Positions 13,081 through 25,810 of a stretch of 64,000 nucleotides of DNA are shown one piece after another. Numbering within the stretch: position 1 is the first letter of the stretch; every line of letters starts with the position of its first letter. Under the pieces are notes generated by a model, which worked only from the letters and a program-made list of their open reading frames with translations, was not told the DNA's origin and searched no databases. This DNA is from Callorhinchus milii (taxonomy: Eukaryota), in NCBI RefSeq assembly GCF_018977255.1, contig NW_024704742.1, positions 124,250,001 to 124,314,000 of the forward strand, read 5' to 3'. A program made the translations under genes and the position numbers.

Positions 13081-13408
13081 GTGGAGTCCTGTAGCTCAGT
13101 GGTTAGAGCACTCGCTTTGCAAGTGAGAGACCTGAGTTCAATTCCAGGCAGAGGGCGAAACCTTGGGCAAGTTTCCTTACTCCACACGCCTAATAATAAT
13201 AATCCCTCCAAAAAACCAAAAACAATAATTAAATTGGTCACTTTCAATCTACGACTGTTTGTGGGACATTGCTGTGCGCAATTGGCTGCCGCGTTCGCCC
13301 ACAAATATACAGTCAATTCACTTTACAGTGTGTTCTGTGAAGCGCTTTGGGACGTCCTCCCGACGTGAAAAGTGCTATATCAAATGCAAGGATTATTATT
13401 ATTATTAT
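13081..13408 (+). mobile_element. Young tRNA-derived Deu-domain SINE with L2-type tail
   Basis: A-box tagctcagtgg, B-box gagttcaattcc, Deu-like core, tail aagcgctttgggacgtcctcccgacgtgaaaag, (att)n. Nearly identical to the 50949 and 57030 copies. Confidence 0.93.
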
Positions 13409-15467
13409 AATGTACTGTAAAGTGAATTTACTGTACATTTTGCGGGCGAAACGCAGCTGCCAATTGTATAATAATCAAATGCAAGGATTTTTATTATTAG
13501 TGTTATTTGAGATCAGAAGAGTTATCATGGAGTGGCATTTGGAGGACATGACCAGTTACTCTTCTATTTTTCGTCCCCTCTCGCCACTCTCTCACACACA
13601 CACACGTGCACAACCTTTCCGAAGGAGTTTTAACTGTACTGTTAATAGGTTGGTTCAACATGCATCACCGGGGATCTCATCCAAATAGCCATTATTGATG
13701 AGTGAATCTTTCCTGCTTGTTGAGGCGAGACATTGTGGCTGAGACTGATCCTCATTACTCCCCATCCACACAACTACATATCCAGCAGTGACACTCAATC
13801 ATGAACAGGAGTAGAAACCCTGCCTGTTTTTATGCCCCCCCCACTTCTATAACTTGAGGGTGCTGAGACATCCGTAGATGCGTCGCTAATAATAATCCTT
13901 GCCTTCGATACAGCACCTTATCAATTTAAACTTTTCAAAGTACTACATGTTTTTCTGTAGTTTTTTCAACACAAAACTATTTCTGTAAAGTGCAGTGACT
14001 GTATTTGTTGGCAAATGTGTTATTGATTACTATGAGTCCCAGTCAGAGCTAGATGGTGACTCAATGACTAGTTTAGGAGACAAATAATTTTGACTCCCCA
14101 TCTGCCAAATGATTTAGTTCGCTGAAAATCAAAGTACTGGCAATCCAAACAATCTACATCTGCTCACTGGATAGTAATTCTGCCTCCAGCTCTTTTCCAA
14201 TTATGCCCATTTCCTCCATTAATTTAAACATCAAACTGTGCACATATTTTCAAAATAATTTGTGTATTTGATCAATGTGTTCAAAACTGAAGGGCAGGAA
14301 GTGGGGAATTTAACTGATGCTCTATGATGTAAGACACCACACAGTGGCAGATTGAGGATATTGCTGATCCTCAATTAAAATGCAATTTTCGGTGTAAAAC
14401 CCACCTTCTCATAGAAAACCACTAACGTTGTACTACTGCCTAGAGTTTTGAATAACCTTCCAAAATGTACTGATTGGGATCGCCCACAAAGAATGGTTAT
14501 TTCTAAAAGATAATGAGGGTTATTACGCTTTCTGAACCATATCTCAGCACGAGTTAAGAACATTAAGAGAAAGCAAATATATAGAAATGCAGGCATATAC
14601 GTATGTGTTCATATATATATATATATATATACACACATGCATGTAGAAATGTATAATTATCAGGAGTGAAGTCAGATCACTCATGGCTGTATGTGAATGT
14701 GTTGTACACCTCTCCCACTTGTATAGAATAAATGTTATGTTCAATCCTTAAAAAACACGCATTCCATTTTATAATTTGCAGAATACAATAGCATGTAAAT
14801 GTCTTTTTGTACAGATTACTTTATATAAGTACTTGATTACTTTAAGAACATAGAGGTGAGTCTTATGGCATTAACTCATACAATCTGGCTACTGTCTTGA
14901 AAATCCTGCAAACTTATATTGGATTCAAAAATTAGTTCCAAGTACAACTCCAGCCCCTACGTAAAGAGAAGGATGTTTATACTGTGTCCTGGCCAACAAT
15001 TCTCCTGATAAAATTGGTTATTTACTTCATGGTTATTTGTGGGACATTACTGTGTGGAAACTGGCTTCCATATTTGCCTAAAAAATATGCAGCCACAAAT
15101 CCTTGCATTTGAGACATCGCAGTGATGTGATAAGGCATTTGAGACATCTCAGTAATGTGACAAGACATTTTAAACTTTGCACACCCCTCATCCCATACCT
15201 CGCCAAGATCCACTAGCTCCCTGTATCCAAACACATCGATTTCAATATCTTCGCCCTTGAGTACAAATCGCTTTGCCCTAGCTCCTCTCTACCTCTCTGC
15301 CCACTCCCTTTGCCCACCCCCTTTGTCCAGTTTCAAATACAGGCCTGCTGCACATCCCTGACCCCTCTCTTCAGCCACTTCACCCATAATCTCTGGAACT
15401 CCCTGCTTCAATTCCTCTGCCTCGCCCCCTCTTTAATTATCTTTAAACCCAACTTTCTATGTTTACA

Positions 15468-15700
15468 ATAATAATCCTTGCATTTGATATAGCGCTTGAT
15501 ATAGTGCTGTAAAGTGAATTGACTGTATATTTGTGGGCAAAACACGGCAGCCAATTGCGCACAGCAGTGTCCCACAAACAGTCGTGGATTGAAAATGACC
15601 AATTTATTATTGTTTTGTTTTTTGGAGGGATTATTATTAGGTGTGTGGAGTAAGGAAACTTGCCCAAGGTTTCGCCCTGCCTGGAATTGAACTCAGGTGT
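15468..15700 (-). mobile_element. tRNA/Deu SINE, partial
   Basis: Reverse complement of the 13081 SINE body with an internal deletion. Confidence 0.85.
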
Positions 15701-16287
15701 CTCGAATATACTGTAAAGTGAGTTGACTATATTTCGTGGGCGAAATGAGAGAGTAGACTGTGGAATAAGATTTCATATTTTGCCTACTAATGTGAAATAA
15801 AGCTATGTTTATAACTATATCTTAGCTTATGGTTGCAATTCATGCAGTTTTCATATTTCATCATGATTACAGCACCCCCCCCCCCACCCCATTCTTTCTT
15901 GATCAGTTTTCTTGGGAAATGTATGCAATATCAATAATTTAACTTAGCAATTAAATGCTTTGAATAAATACCTTGATCACTGTCACTGGAGCCAGTTTAC
16001 AACCAAGTATAATGTTCCATTAATTGTCTAATTATTTAATCCTTTACCTAATTGCTTTGAGTAACATAAACAAAATGCATGATGACAGCCTGTGGATTAG
16101 CAATTCCGTGCTACTTACGCTCAACATGATTTGCTCACAAATTTGCTGTTGGTGAGTTATCCAGTCAGCATGCATTGTCCAGTGAGTCCTAATTATTGTG
16201 CCCTGATTTGTGATGTAGGTTGCTGCCTGCAGAGAAGGATGGCAAATGAGAAATTTGTTAGTGGAAACCTGTGACATTTGACTGCCT

Positions 16288-16380
16288 GATGATAGAATAT
16301 TTTGGAATGCCAAGGCTTAACCCTTAAATTCTCGCCATATGTGGCATTACTTTATTTTCGTGCTACCTTTTTGGTTTTAA
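16288..16380 (+). repeat. Local direct duplication, copy 1 (copy 2 at 17642-17732)
   Basis: gatgatagaat..ttggaatgcca..aggcttaacccttaaatt..tgctacc..ttttggttttaa present twice. Confidence 0.85.
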
Positions 16381-17884
16381 GCGCTCTGTGGTTCTACCCT
16401 CCGTGAAGGGCACTACATAAATGCAAGTTGTTTAGTAATGTGGAGCAACCAATTATATTTAGCACTTCCGATTTACAACAGTAATTGCCATTATTTACCG
16501 AAGGAAATTTCCTGAGGATGTACATTAAACTGAACTTAAATTTACAGGGATTTTAGTGCCTTCATTTAAAAAAAATCATACAAACCCAACTGGCCAATTT
16601 ACAGTCGTGCTCTTACAGCAGGTGTTGATGTCAATTTTAATACAGATTACTTCTCAAGGACGTTATTTTTAGTGTTAAACTACCATATACTTAATTTAGC
16701 TGCATATGACCTCAGTGAGGCCCCACCTTATTGTGGAGACCAGTGCTTGTACTGTTTACTGTACTTGGGATTTAAAAACAGTGTAAAATTTCCATCTTGT
16801 AAGGGAAATTGTTTCTATATTAAATTCTGAGCAAAATATATATTTAACATCCTGCTCTTTTCTAGGATAGAGATGATCATACTTTCCTTAAAGAGGTGCA
16901 GCTGAAATGAAGAATATTGAATTAGTTCAGACGTGTCATTGCCAGTAAATAGTTGGGGTGCTGCATCTAAGTGTATACAATACAGTAATTTTCCATCTCT
17001 TAGCCTGCTTTATTTCCATAGGTTGTATAAGGTTTTAAAGAAAACACTTGAATAACCTTGACATCGCTTATGTTGTCTCCCGCCTAGTTAAATGGTAAAA
17101 CTGTGCTTGGAAACTGTTTGTACTAAGCCTTATACTGTACATGTTCTGTACTATATTGTGCCATCTGCTGTGAAGTGAGCTAAAAACAAAGTGGAAAAAC
17201 TGGTTTTCCTCATGTTGTGTTGTATTGCATAAATTAAAAAGATCTGTGAAACGTAAAACTTCACTTGGGCTGGTAAGAAGATGAGAATGTTATGAAAAAG
17301 TATTGCTCATCCAGAAGCAATGGATGGATTCACTAGATGGATATTCTCACTGTACAACGTATTCAGACTGATTGTAAACCATAACCAATGGTGCAGTTGC
17401 TCTATGTTTTATTTTACTGTTCAGGATCTTCCCTAAACCTTCTATAAACTCATATTAAGTACTCAACGTCCACTCTTATTTTCACAGCTTTCACTACTGA
17501 TATTCAACAGAAATGAAAATGTGTTTATGTGTAGTTATTTTCTTGCAATACTCATTGCAATACTGAACTGAATAAGGTAATTGTATCACATGAACCTACG
17601 TGCCTACATTGACTCATATTTTTCGCAGGACCACAGTGATAGATGATAGAATGCTTTGGAATGCCATAAGGCTTAACCCTTAAATTTTAGCGGGTATGTG
17701 GTATTATTTTCTTGCTACCGTTTTGGTTTTAATAACTGAAACAAATAAATTCTTGTAGTCTTAACTTGACCATTCTCGTCAAAAGATTATGCACATTTTG
17801 TGAAGTTCTTTTATTCATTCTTCATTTAGAAACTGGTTTTCTGCAGTTCTTTTAAATAATGTTAGGTTGGTCTGCTGGATGGTG

Positions 17885-18170
17885 TGTCATCCTGGCGCAG
17901 TGGTAGCACTCTCTCTCTCCTCTGAGTCAAGCCCCGTCTTAGGACTTGGAATCACAGGCTAAGCTGGCACTCCAATGCAGTGCCGGGAATGTGGGGCATT
18001 GTTGGATGAGACATTAAACCGAGGTCCCATCTTCATGTTTAGGTGGATGTTAAAGATCCCAATGTACTTTTCGAAAAGAGGAGTTTCTCCCGGTGTCCTG
18101 GCCAACAGTCCCCCAAATAAAATTGGACAATCACTCCCACTCCATGACTGATTGTGGGATATTGCCACCT
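17885..18170 (+). mobile_element. Old SacSINE1/AmnSINE1-like DeuSINE
   Basis: ggatgagacattaaaccgaggtccc, ggtggatgttaaagatccca and ctcccggtgtcctggccaac are typical Deu-domain motifs. Confidence 0.8.
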
Positions 18171-19589
18171 CAGCTTCAGTAGAAAGTGTGTGTCTCAGAT
18201 AGTTCCCACTGACTCTGGTTGGTAGTGCTCTGCCAATCTTCTTAGTTGTATGGATCTATACTTAGGATTGTCTTTTGTCCCTGTGGATATAGGACATCCT
18301 CCCGACGTGAAAGGAGTTATACAAATGTAATTTTGTATTGTAGAGAGCAAGAAATATCCTGTTTCCCCATCCTCATTGCTTTATTGCTGGAAGCAATTTG
18401 AAATCACTTACAGAAAAATGTGACCGCTTTAATGTAATGTTTAAGTATAAATTTTAATGATTGGATTTTTTAATGAAGATAAATTTAAATTAATGCATAT
18501 TAAAATAATAAACTGTGAAGCGATTTGCGGAGTCCTCCCAGCGTGAAATATACCAAATGCAAGTATTATTATTAAGCAGTAAACAATGAAGGGGTAATAG
18601 AAGTGAAGAAGGAGCTGAATTGGGATTTGATTGTTGATTAATTTCTCGACAGCGTAAAGCAGTTCTCAACATAGCTAGTCAAATTCTAGGTCTTGAGGAG
18701 GATTTGATTGTAGGTCAAAAAGAGTTGTTCTTTTAAACTTTTGGATGAATTTTTGGTATTCCATATTTGGAACATTGTGGGCAGTTTGGGGAACTCTGCA
18801 TCAAAGCTTTCCAAGCAGCTCTGATGTTAATTATAGCTTTCAGCAGCCCTGTGCAATTTAATCAATGCCAAGCTGTTTACTACAATATTTGTTTTCTCCC
18901 TTTGATTATCTTGGGTCCTTCTGCTCCGAGTCCAAGTGAACCGGTCATTCCAGCTAATCAGATTTGGATTTAATTTTTAAATGCCCTTTTTTTTTTACCT
19001 CTTCTATCTACCATTCCATTCACTTGTGCCGATCTGATTTCACAGAGTTTATCATAAATGTGTGTAAACGAGACCTACAAAGGTGGCTTATGTGTATAAA
19101 TAGTATAGTGGTTAGCAGGTTCGCCTCACAAGCAAGAGGACCTGTGTTTGATTCCCGGGTGGGGCGAAACCTTAGGTTTGTCAAATGTAAGGATTATTAT
19201 TAGGTAAGTTTCCTTACTCCACATGCCTCTGTAGGAAACTGTTTTTTGGTCGATTGGCAGATCGCTTTCTGGGGTAATGATCCCTCTGCTCATTCCATGA
19301 CTGTTTGTGGGACACTGCTGTACCAATTAACTGACACATTTCACCCACAAAATATTCTGTCAAGCACTTTGAGATGTCTCAATGATGTGATAAGGCGCTA
19401 TATCAAATGCAAGTATTATTATTAATGTGTTCAACCTGTAACTGGCAACTGATCCAGTACCAAATAGAACTGCTTCTGTGTGTAGAGATGTTGGAGAGAG
19501 AGGGATACAAATAAAAAGCAAATTAATATCAGTTAGCATAGTCAAAAAAAAAAACTTGATTTGTTAATTTCAGCAAAACCTTTTTTTAA

Positions 19590-19900
19590 ATGGAGTTTTG
19601 TAGCTCAGTGGTTAGAGCACTCACCTCACAAGCGAGAGACCTGGATTCGATTCCCGGCAGGGAAAAATCTTGGGCAAGTTTCCTTACTCCACACACCTGA
19701 TAATAATCCCTCAAGAAAAAAACAATAATAAATTGGTCACTTCAATCCACGACTGTTTGTGGGATACTGCTGCGTGCAATTGGCTGCCGCATTTCTCCTA
19801 CAAATATTCGGTCAATTCACTTTACAGTATATTCTGTGAAGCGCTTTGAGAAGCCTAGAAAACGTGAAAAGCGCTATATCAAATGCAAGGATTATTATTT
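19590..19900 (+). mobile_element. tRNA/Deu SINE, full length
   Basis: Same architecture as 13081, with tail variant gagaagcctagaaaacgtgaaaagcgct. An older copy lies at about 19100-19420. Confidence 0.9.
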
Positions 19901-19964
19901 TTATTTATTAATGAAAGTTATGTCAAATTTTAGAATGGTTAAAAATTGACACACCATTTAAACC

Positions 19965-20450
19965 ATTAACAAAATCCAATTCATTAAAAACTCTGCTGCC
20001 TGGATACTCACCCACACGCAACTCTGTACCCCATCATACCAGTCCTTGCCAGGCTCCACTGGCTTCTAATCACTGAACTGATCAATTTCAAGATCCTCAC
20101 TCATTTTCAAATCACTTCATGCCCTCCCACCTATCCAACCTGTTTACCCCCCACTCCACTACCTGCTGCCTTTTACTTAGCTGTCTCCAGCCTCTTATTT
20201 GTCACTCGTGCCCTCCATTCCAACATCAGTAACCACTACACCCTGAAACTCCAAAACTCTCTCCCTCAATTCCTCCGCCATGTCCCCTCCCTCCCCGCCT
20301 TCAAATCCTAAAAAATGTTTTTGATTGTGCTTACAGTCACTTTTCCCCCATCCCTCCCCCTGGCTCGTTGTCAGACTCGGCCACTCAAGCAAGCGCTCCA
20401 GGACGCTACCCCTCGTGAAGGGCGTTTTATAATTGTAAGTTGTTGTTAAC
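19965..20450 (+). mobile_element. Degraded L2 3' fragment
   Basis: ccttgccaggctccactggct..tttcaagatcctcac; tail gtgaagggcgttttataattgtaagttgttg. Confidence 0.8.
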
Positions 20451-21683
20451 AGGGTGCAGTCTTATTCCATTACGTATGGGTTTGCTGCGCTCTAAATAGA
20501 GATGGTGGTGGAAGTTACAATTGTAAGTGTATACAGGAAGCAGCTGTCGAGAGTGGATGCCTTTGACATCCATAACACTACGAGACTACAAATTGTGTGA
20601 CTGCATTCTGAATGAAATTTCAGTGACGCTAAGACATTTATAGCTAGGGTTGCAAGAAGCCGTGGGTATTTTGGGGAATAATAATAATAATCCTTTCATT
20701 TGATATAGTGCTTTTCATGTCTTCTAGACGTCTCAAAGTGCTTCACAGAATATGCTGTAAAATGAATTGACTGTATATTTGTGGGCAAATATTGTTGATA
20801 AGGAAGTAAGAACTAAATTTAATAATACTGTTAGCAGCGTGACTAGTGAAAATAAAGTATACATACAGTATACATAAATATTTTTGCAAGTCAAACTTTC
20901 CCGGATGGCCAGTTTTTTCATCTCTTTGCATAGGCAATTTTTTGCGGATGGCCCCCATTAAAACAAATGAAAAGTACAATTTGCATTTATTTAGTGCCCT
21001 TCACTCAGCCGTCTCAGAGAGCTTAACAGTGGTGAAGCCTGATGACGACGAGGTGACTGTAAAAGGGTAAATATAACAACAATAATAAATTACTTTTGCA
21101 TAGCGCTTTTCACATCGGGTGGACATCCCAAGGTGCTGGACAGTCGGGGATTTGAACCCGAGTAGGGGGTTGGGATCAGCAGGGGTGGAGGGCATGGAGG
21201 GTAGGAGGGTGATTGAAAGTTGGGTCAAAGAGGAGGGTCTTGAGATTTTTTTTATAAAAAGGTCAATATAAAGCGTGACGCGATATAAAAAAAATTAAAA
21301 GCTCTTACCTGTGAGCGGGGGAAGTGGTTGGGCTGGTTGCGCCCATGTGTCAACCTCACAAGAACAATTCATACCATTCTCAAGAGGCTGGCACATGCTT
21401 TGTAAATTATTGCGCAGACTGGCAGTTTTGCAATTTTTGTGGCGATTATTGCACATGAAATTACAGTATTTACATATACAATAGGCTACTTTGGAAAAAA
21501 TCCCAGACAACATGAAGATGTAACGACTACGAATCTCATAATCTGAGACTTTTTTGTCCCAATTCCAGTGACCGAATACCATTTTGATCTTAACTATTAT
21601 GTAGTCTGCAGTCCAATAGTTTTTCAAAAGGGGTGCGAGTTTTATTTTCCTTGGGTCACTGTGGCAGTTCTAGTGAGGGAAAA

Positions 21684-21702
21684 TGGCCAACAGATGGCAG
21701 TG
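21684..21702 (+). promoter_or_regulatory. Putative CTCF-binding motif
   Basis: tggccaacagatggcagtg resembles the CTCF core consensus. Motif match only. Confidence 0.4.
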
Positions 21703-23860
21703 CTTCACCACACTGCCAAAGTCAATGCATTTGCTGGTAATGGAACTTCGGTCAAATGTACAGTATTTAGAAATACACCAGAAGTATTTGTAACCAACAT
21801 TTGTCTAAATTGTTTTCGATGAAGATTGCGGGGACTAGATGCAGGAATTTAATTAAGGACAATTGTATACAGTTGTAAATGCTTGTTACGTAATAGTTGG
21901 CGGTTTTTATAATTTGATCTGTTTCACTTTTTATATTCATTTATTGGCTGATTTTCATGCTGATAAAAATATGTATTTAAATTGGTGGGTAAAGTCAGTA
22001 GATTAGCTGAATATTTGACTATTATACACACCAAAACATTTTTCTAGCTTCTTGTACTATTTGCAGAGTAGATACCTCTGAAAACTCCCATTTTCCACAG
22101 TAGATTTTTGTCTTCAGTCGTGATGTTGTATTTTACAAATTAGTTTGGGGTTCTTAGTTGGGACGTTGGGCACTTCATCCAAGAATCCCTCCATTATTAT
22201 TATTATTATCTCGCCTTCTTATCCATTTTAAGTCCTTCCTCTTTGATTGTACTTCAGTCACCCTCCCACCCCCAGCTCAGTCAACACTTGACTGTCCAGC
22301 GCTTAGGGACGTCCTTTCGACATGAAAGGCGCTATATAAATGTAATTTGTTGTTGTTGTTGTTAGTGGCTTATTGTTGCAGTATAATCTCTGAAGAGAAT
22401 GAGAAATTAATATGAAACCAAGGATCATTTGGTCCAACAATAACTTCTTCGTGGCCATTGTACAAATCAAAACTATCGGTTACATAATCCCATTTACTAA
22501 ATCACCTGAATGAAAATGTTCTGTTGAAAAAAAACTCCCAAAGGTGATCAGAATATGGATTTGGATAAAGAATGCCCTTTGATAAAGATGTTCCATCTGA
22601 TCTCATCCTTTCAGGTCCCCATTTCACTAACTTCCCATGACAGCATCAAGCATTTTTTAAAATTAATGCAGTGTCCTAACCTCCACCCTTCTTGGTAACT
22701 CACTCCAGCTGTAACTCCTCTTTGTAAATAAATAATTTTTGAAGTCTGTCCTAAAATTGCATTTCACAACCCTTAACTCTCTTGCCCTATTATCCATATC
22801 TGCAAATATTGTTCTGGGTTTACTTTCTCTATCCCATTAAGCATCTTGTGCTAAGGTACCCTATGAGATGTCTTTTTTTTTCAAATCTCTAGAGCCTCAG
22901 GTAATCTAACTTCCCCAGGAAAGGATGAGTTGTGAAGGTCAGCTTCATTGCACCCTTCTTCAGGGCATGGACAACTCCTTTACGTCACGGCACCCGGAAC
23001 TGATTGCAGTACTCCAGTGTGGGCTGCTGGCACATCTTTATCAAGTGAGAATGCCATGTCTATATATACAGTACTTATTCCTCAATTATTCGGAACTAGC
23101 TTGTTGTGTTCTGCAGATTCTGTGGTCTCATCGAGGAAGCATCGTGTTTCTGTCCATTATTTCTGAACTACAGGTGTAGAGTTGCAGAGAGCTAAAGTGG
23201 ACGAATTGAGTTATTATTCTGATAACTGGCAACACTCAGACCAATTGATTCCGACAATTTTCTTATAAAACGTTATTTCCTTTCTCAATTTGAAGTATGG
23301 AACTTCATGATTTCCTTCTAAATTTCTCTTAAATGTGCCCTGCAGGCATTTACCTCTTGCAGTGCTGAGCATTACAATTCTAGTCAAATGCAAATGACTT
23401 TCCAATTCTTGTTTTTTTGTGTTGCATGATAAAAGGAGTAAACATTTTCTTGCTCCATTGGCTTAGGTCTCTTGTTCCTTTCTTGATTCCATCCTTTTAG
23501 AACATCTGGCTATTGACCACAGATATCAGACTTTTTTGGAGCTGCCTCTTTTCATTTTATTTAAATATGTAAATTCCCAAGCATTATCCAATTGCCCAGA
23601 CATCGTTATTTCCATGGCTGTGAATTTAAATTGATACGACAGTAACTTTGTACTCCGTTTGGCGTATGATTATATTTTGTGGTTGAAACACGGCAGCCAA
23701 TTGCATACAGCAGTGTCCCACAAACAGTTGTGGATTGAGTTCATTCATTCTTCTCACAACCTATTAAAATGTTTTGTCAACAATTTTTCCCTGCCCCCTT
23801 TATACTGCTCTTTTTTCCAGACACAGATTTATTGAGAAGCATTGTATGACGTGTAGACCG

Positions 23861-23994
23861 ATATATTCTCTGAAATGTAATGCATCATTTACGTTGCCAA
23901 TCTGCTTTACAAGGATCCAGCTTCTGGTACTGTAGAAACTGTCCTTGATTTTTATTATGATATGGTTTCTACAATGCTGGATCCATACATCTCC
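23861..23994 (+). repeat. ~134-bp direct repeat, copy 1 (copy 2 at 25811-25943)
   Basis: atatattctctgaaatgtaatgcatc...cttctggtactgtagaaactg...aatgctggatcca occurs on both sides of a SINE/L2 insert. Confidence 0.92.
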
Positions 23995-24013
23995 TGTTCA
24001 TGGAGACCAGTAT

Positions 24014-25810
24014 GTGGAGGCCTGTAGCTTCGTGGTTAGAGCACTCGTCTTCAAGCCACAGGACCTGGGTTCGATTCCCGGCAGGGCAAAATGTTGGACA
24101 AGTTTCCTTACTCCGCACGCCTCTGTTTACCTAGCAGTAAGTAGGAATCCGGTTGTTAGTCGATTGGTGGATTGCTTTTCCAGGGATAATAATTCCTTCC
24201 AAAAAAATAATAATAATTTGGTCACTCAATCCGCGACTGTTTGTGGGACACTGCTGTTCAGTCCCCTTCAGTCAGGTTTCCGTGCTGCTCATAGCACAGA
24301 AACTGCCCTGGTCAAGGTCACCAATGATATCCTGACCATCTGTGACCAGGGCTCCCTCTGTCTCCTCGTCCTCCTCGACCTATCGGCAGCATTCGATACG
24401 GTCGACCACGCTATCCTACTCCACCGCTTGTCCTCCCACCTCAACCTTCAAGGCACTGTCCTTGAATGGTTTAGCTCTTACCTTTCCCACCGTCTTCACT
24501 TCGTCTCAACGAATGGCTTCTCCTCCACCCCCCGTACTGTCTCATGTGGTGTCCCTCAGGGCTCTGTCCTCGGTCCCCTCCTCTTCACCCTCTATATGCT
24601 CCCCCTTGGTGACATCATCCGCAAACATGGGGTTAACTTCCACATGTATGCGGATGACACCCAACTCTACCTTTCCTCCTCTACTCTCAACTCCACGACC
24701 ACCGATGTCCTGACAGCCTGCCTGTCCGACATCGAGTCCTGGACGAGAGACAACTTTCTTCAGCTCAACGTGCGAAAAACCGAGGCCCTCCTGATTGGCT
24801 CACGTCAGCGCCTCCGCACCTCAGGCGCTGACACCATCAGCATCCAAGGCTGCACTCTCCACCTCTCAAAGCCAGTCAGGAACCTCGGCGTTTTGTTCGA
24901 CCCTGAGCTGTCCTTTCTCCCTCACATCCGCACCACAACTGGCACCGCCTTCCATCACCTCCGGAATATCGCCAGATTACGGCACTACCTCACCCCTCAC
25001 GCTGCTGAAACCCTGGTTCACGCCTTTGTCACCTCAAGGCTGGACTATGGGAACTCTCTCCTCGCCGGCCTTCCCGCCACCTCCCTCCACAAGCTGCAGG
25101 TCATTCAGAACTCTGCAGCTCGTGTACTGTCCCGCACCAGGCTTCGGGACCACATCACTCCCACCCTCGCTCGCCTCCACTGGCTCCCCATCCCCCAGAG
25201 GATTGATTTCAAGATCCTCATCCTCACCTACAAGGCCATTCACGGCCTTGCTCCCTCCTACCTCTCCAACCTACTATCCCCCTACCTACCTGCCCGTACC
25301 CTCCGTTCCTCTGGCTCCGGTCTGCTCCACGTCCCCCGCCCCAACCGCCCTACTATCGGTGGTCGGGCCTTCAGCCTCTCAGCCCCAGGCTCTGGAACTC
25401 CATCCCCCAGTGCCTTCGCCTTGCTTCCTCCCTTTCCTCCTTCAAGGCCGGTCTCAAAACCTTTCTCTTTGACCGTGCCTTCAGCTCCCCTCTCGACTCT
25501 CTTCCTCCTCCTCGCTCCCTCCCTTCCCTCCCCTCACCCTGACCATTTCCCCCCTCCTCTCTCCTCCCTTCCCTCCCCTCACCCTGACCATTTCCCCCCT
25601 GCTCGGGTCATGACCCAACTGTGCAGCGCCTTGGGACGTCCTCCTGACGTGAAAGGCGCTCTATAAATGGAATCTTGTTGTTGTTGTTGTTGTTGTTTGC
25701 AATTGGCTGCCGCGTTTCGCCACAAAAAACAATTAACTTTACAGTATATTCTGTGAAGCGCTTTGAGATCTCTCAAAGACGTGATAAGGTGCAAGAATTA
25801 TATTATTATT
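24014..25810 (+). mobile_element. tRNA/Deu SINE split by an L2 insertion
   Basis: SINE 5' half 24014-24257 ends gggacactgctgt; it resumes tgcaattggctgccgcg at about 25698 and runs to (att)n. Confidence 0.9.
24258..25697 (+). mobile_element. 5'-truncated young L2 (subfamily B) with open RT frame
   Basis: [45 protein letters not shown] in an uninterrupted frame; 3' stem-loop and (ttg)n tail. Confidence 0.96.

Noticed and set aside
13081..13150. tRNA gene
   Set aside because: It is a SINE head: no closing acceptor stem, and it continues into the SINE body in many copies.
15100..15170. Short tandem ~30-bp repeats (CRISPR-like spacing)
   Set aside because: Tandem duplication of the SINE/L2 tail stem-loop in a vertebrate genome; no spacers.
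23945..25666. 573-aa ORF as a host gene or domesticated RT
   Set aside because: Chance read-through from flank and SINE into a 5'-truncated L2 RT. Non-ATG start, no endonuclease, C-terminus frameshifted.
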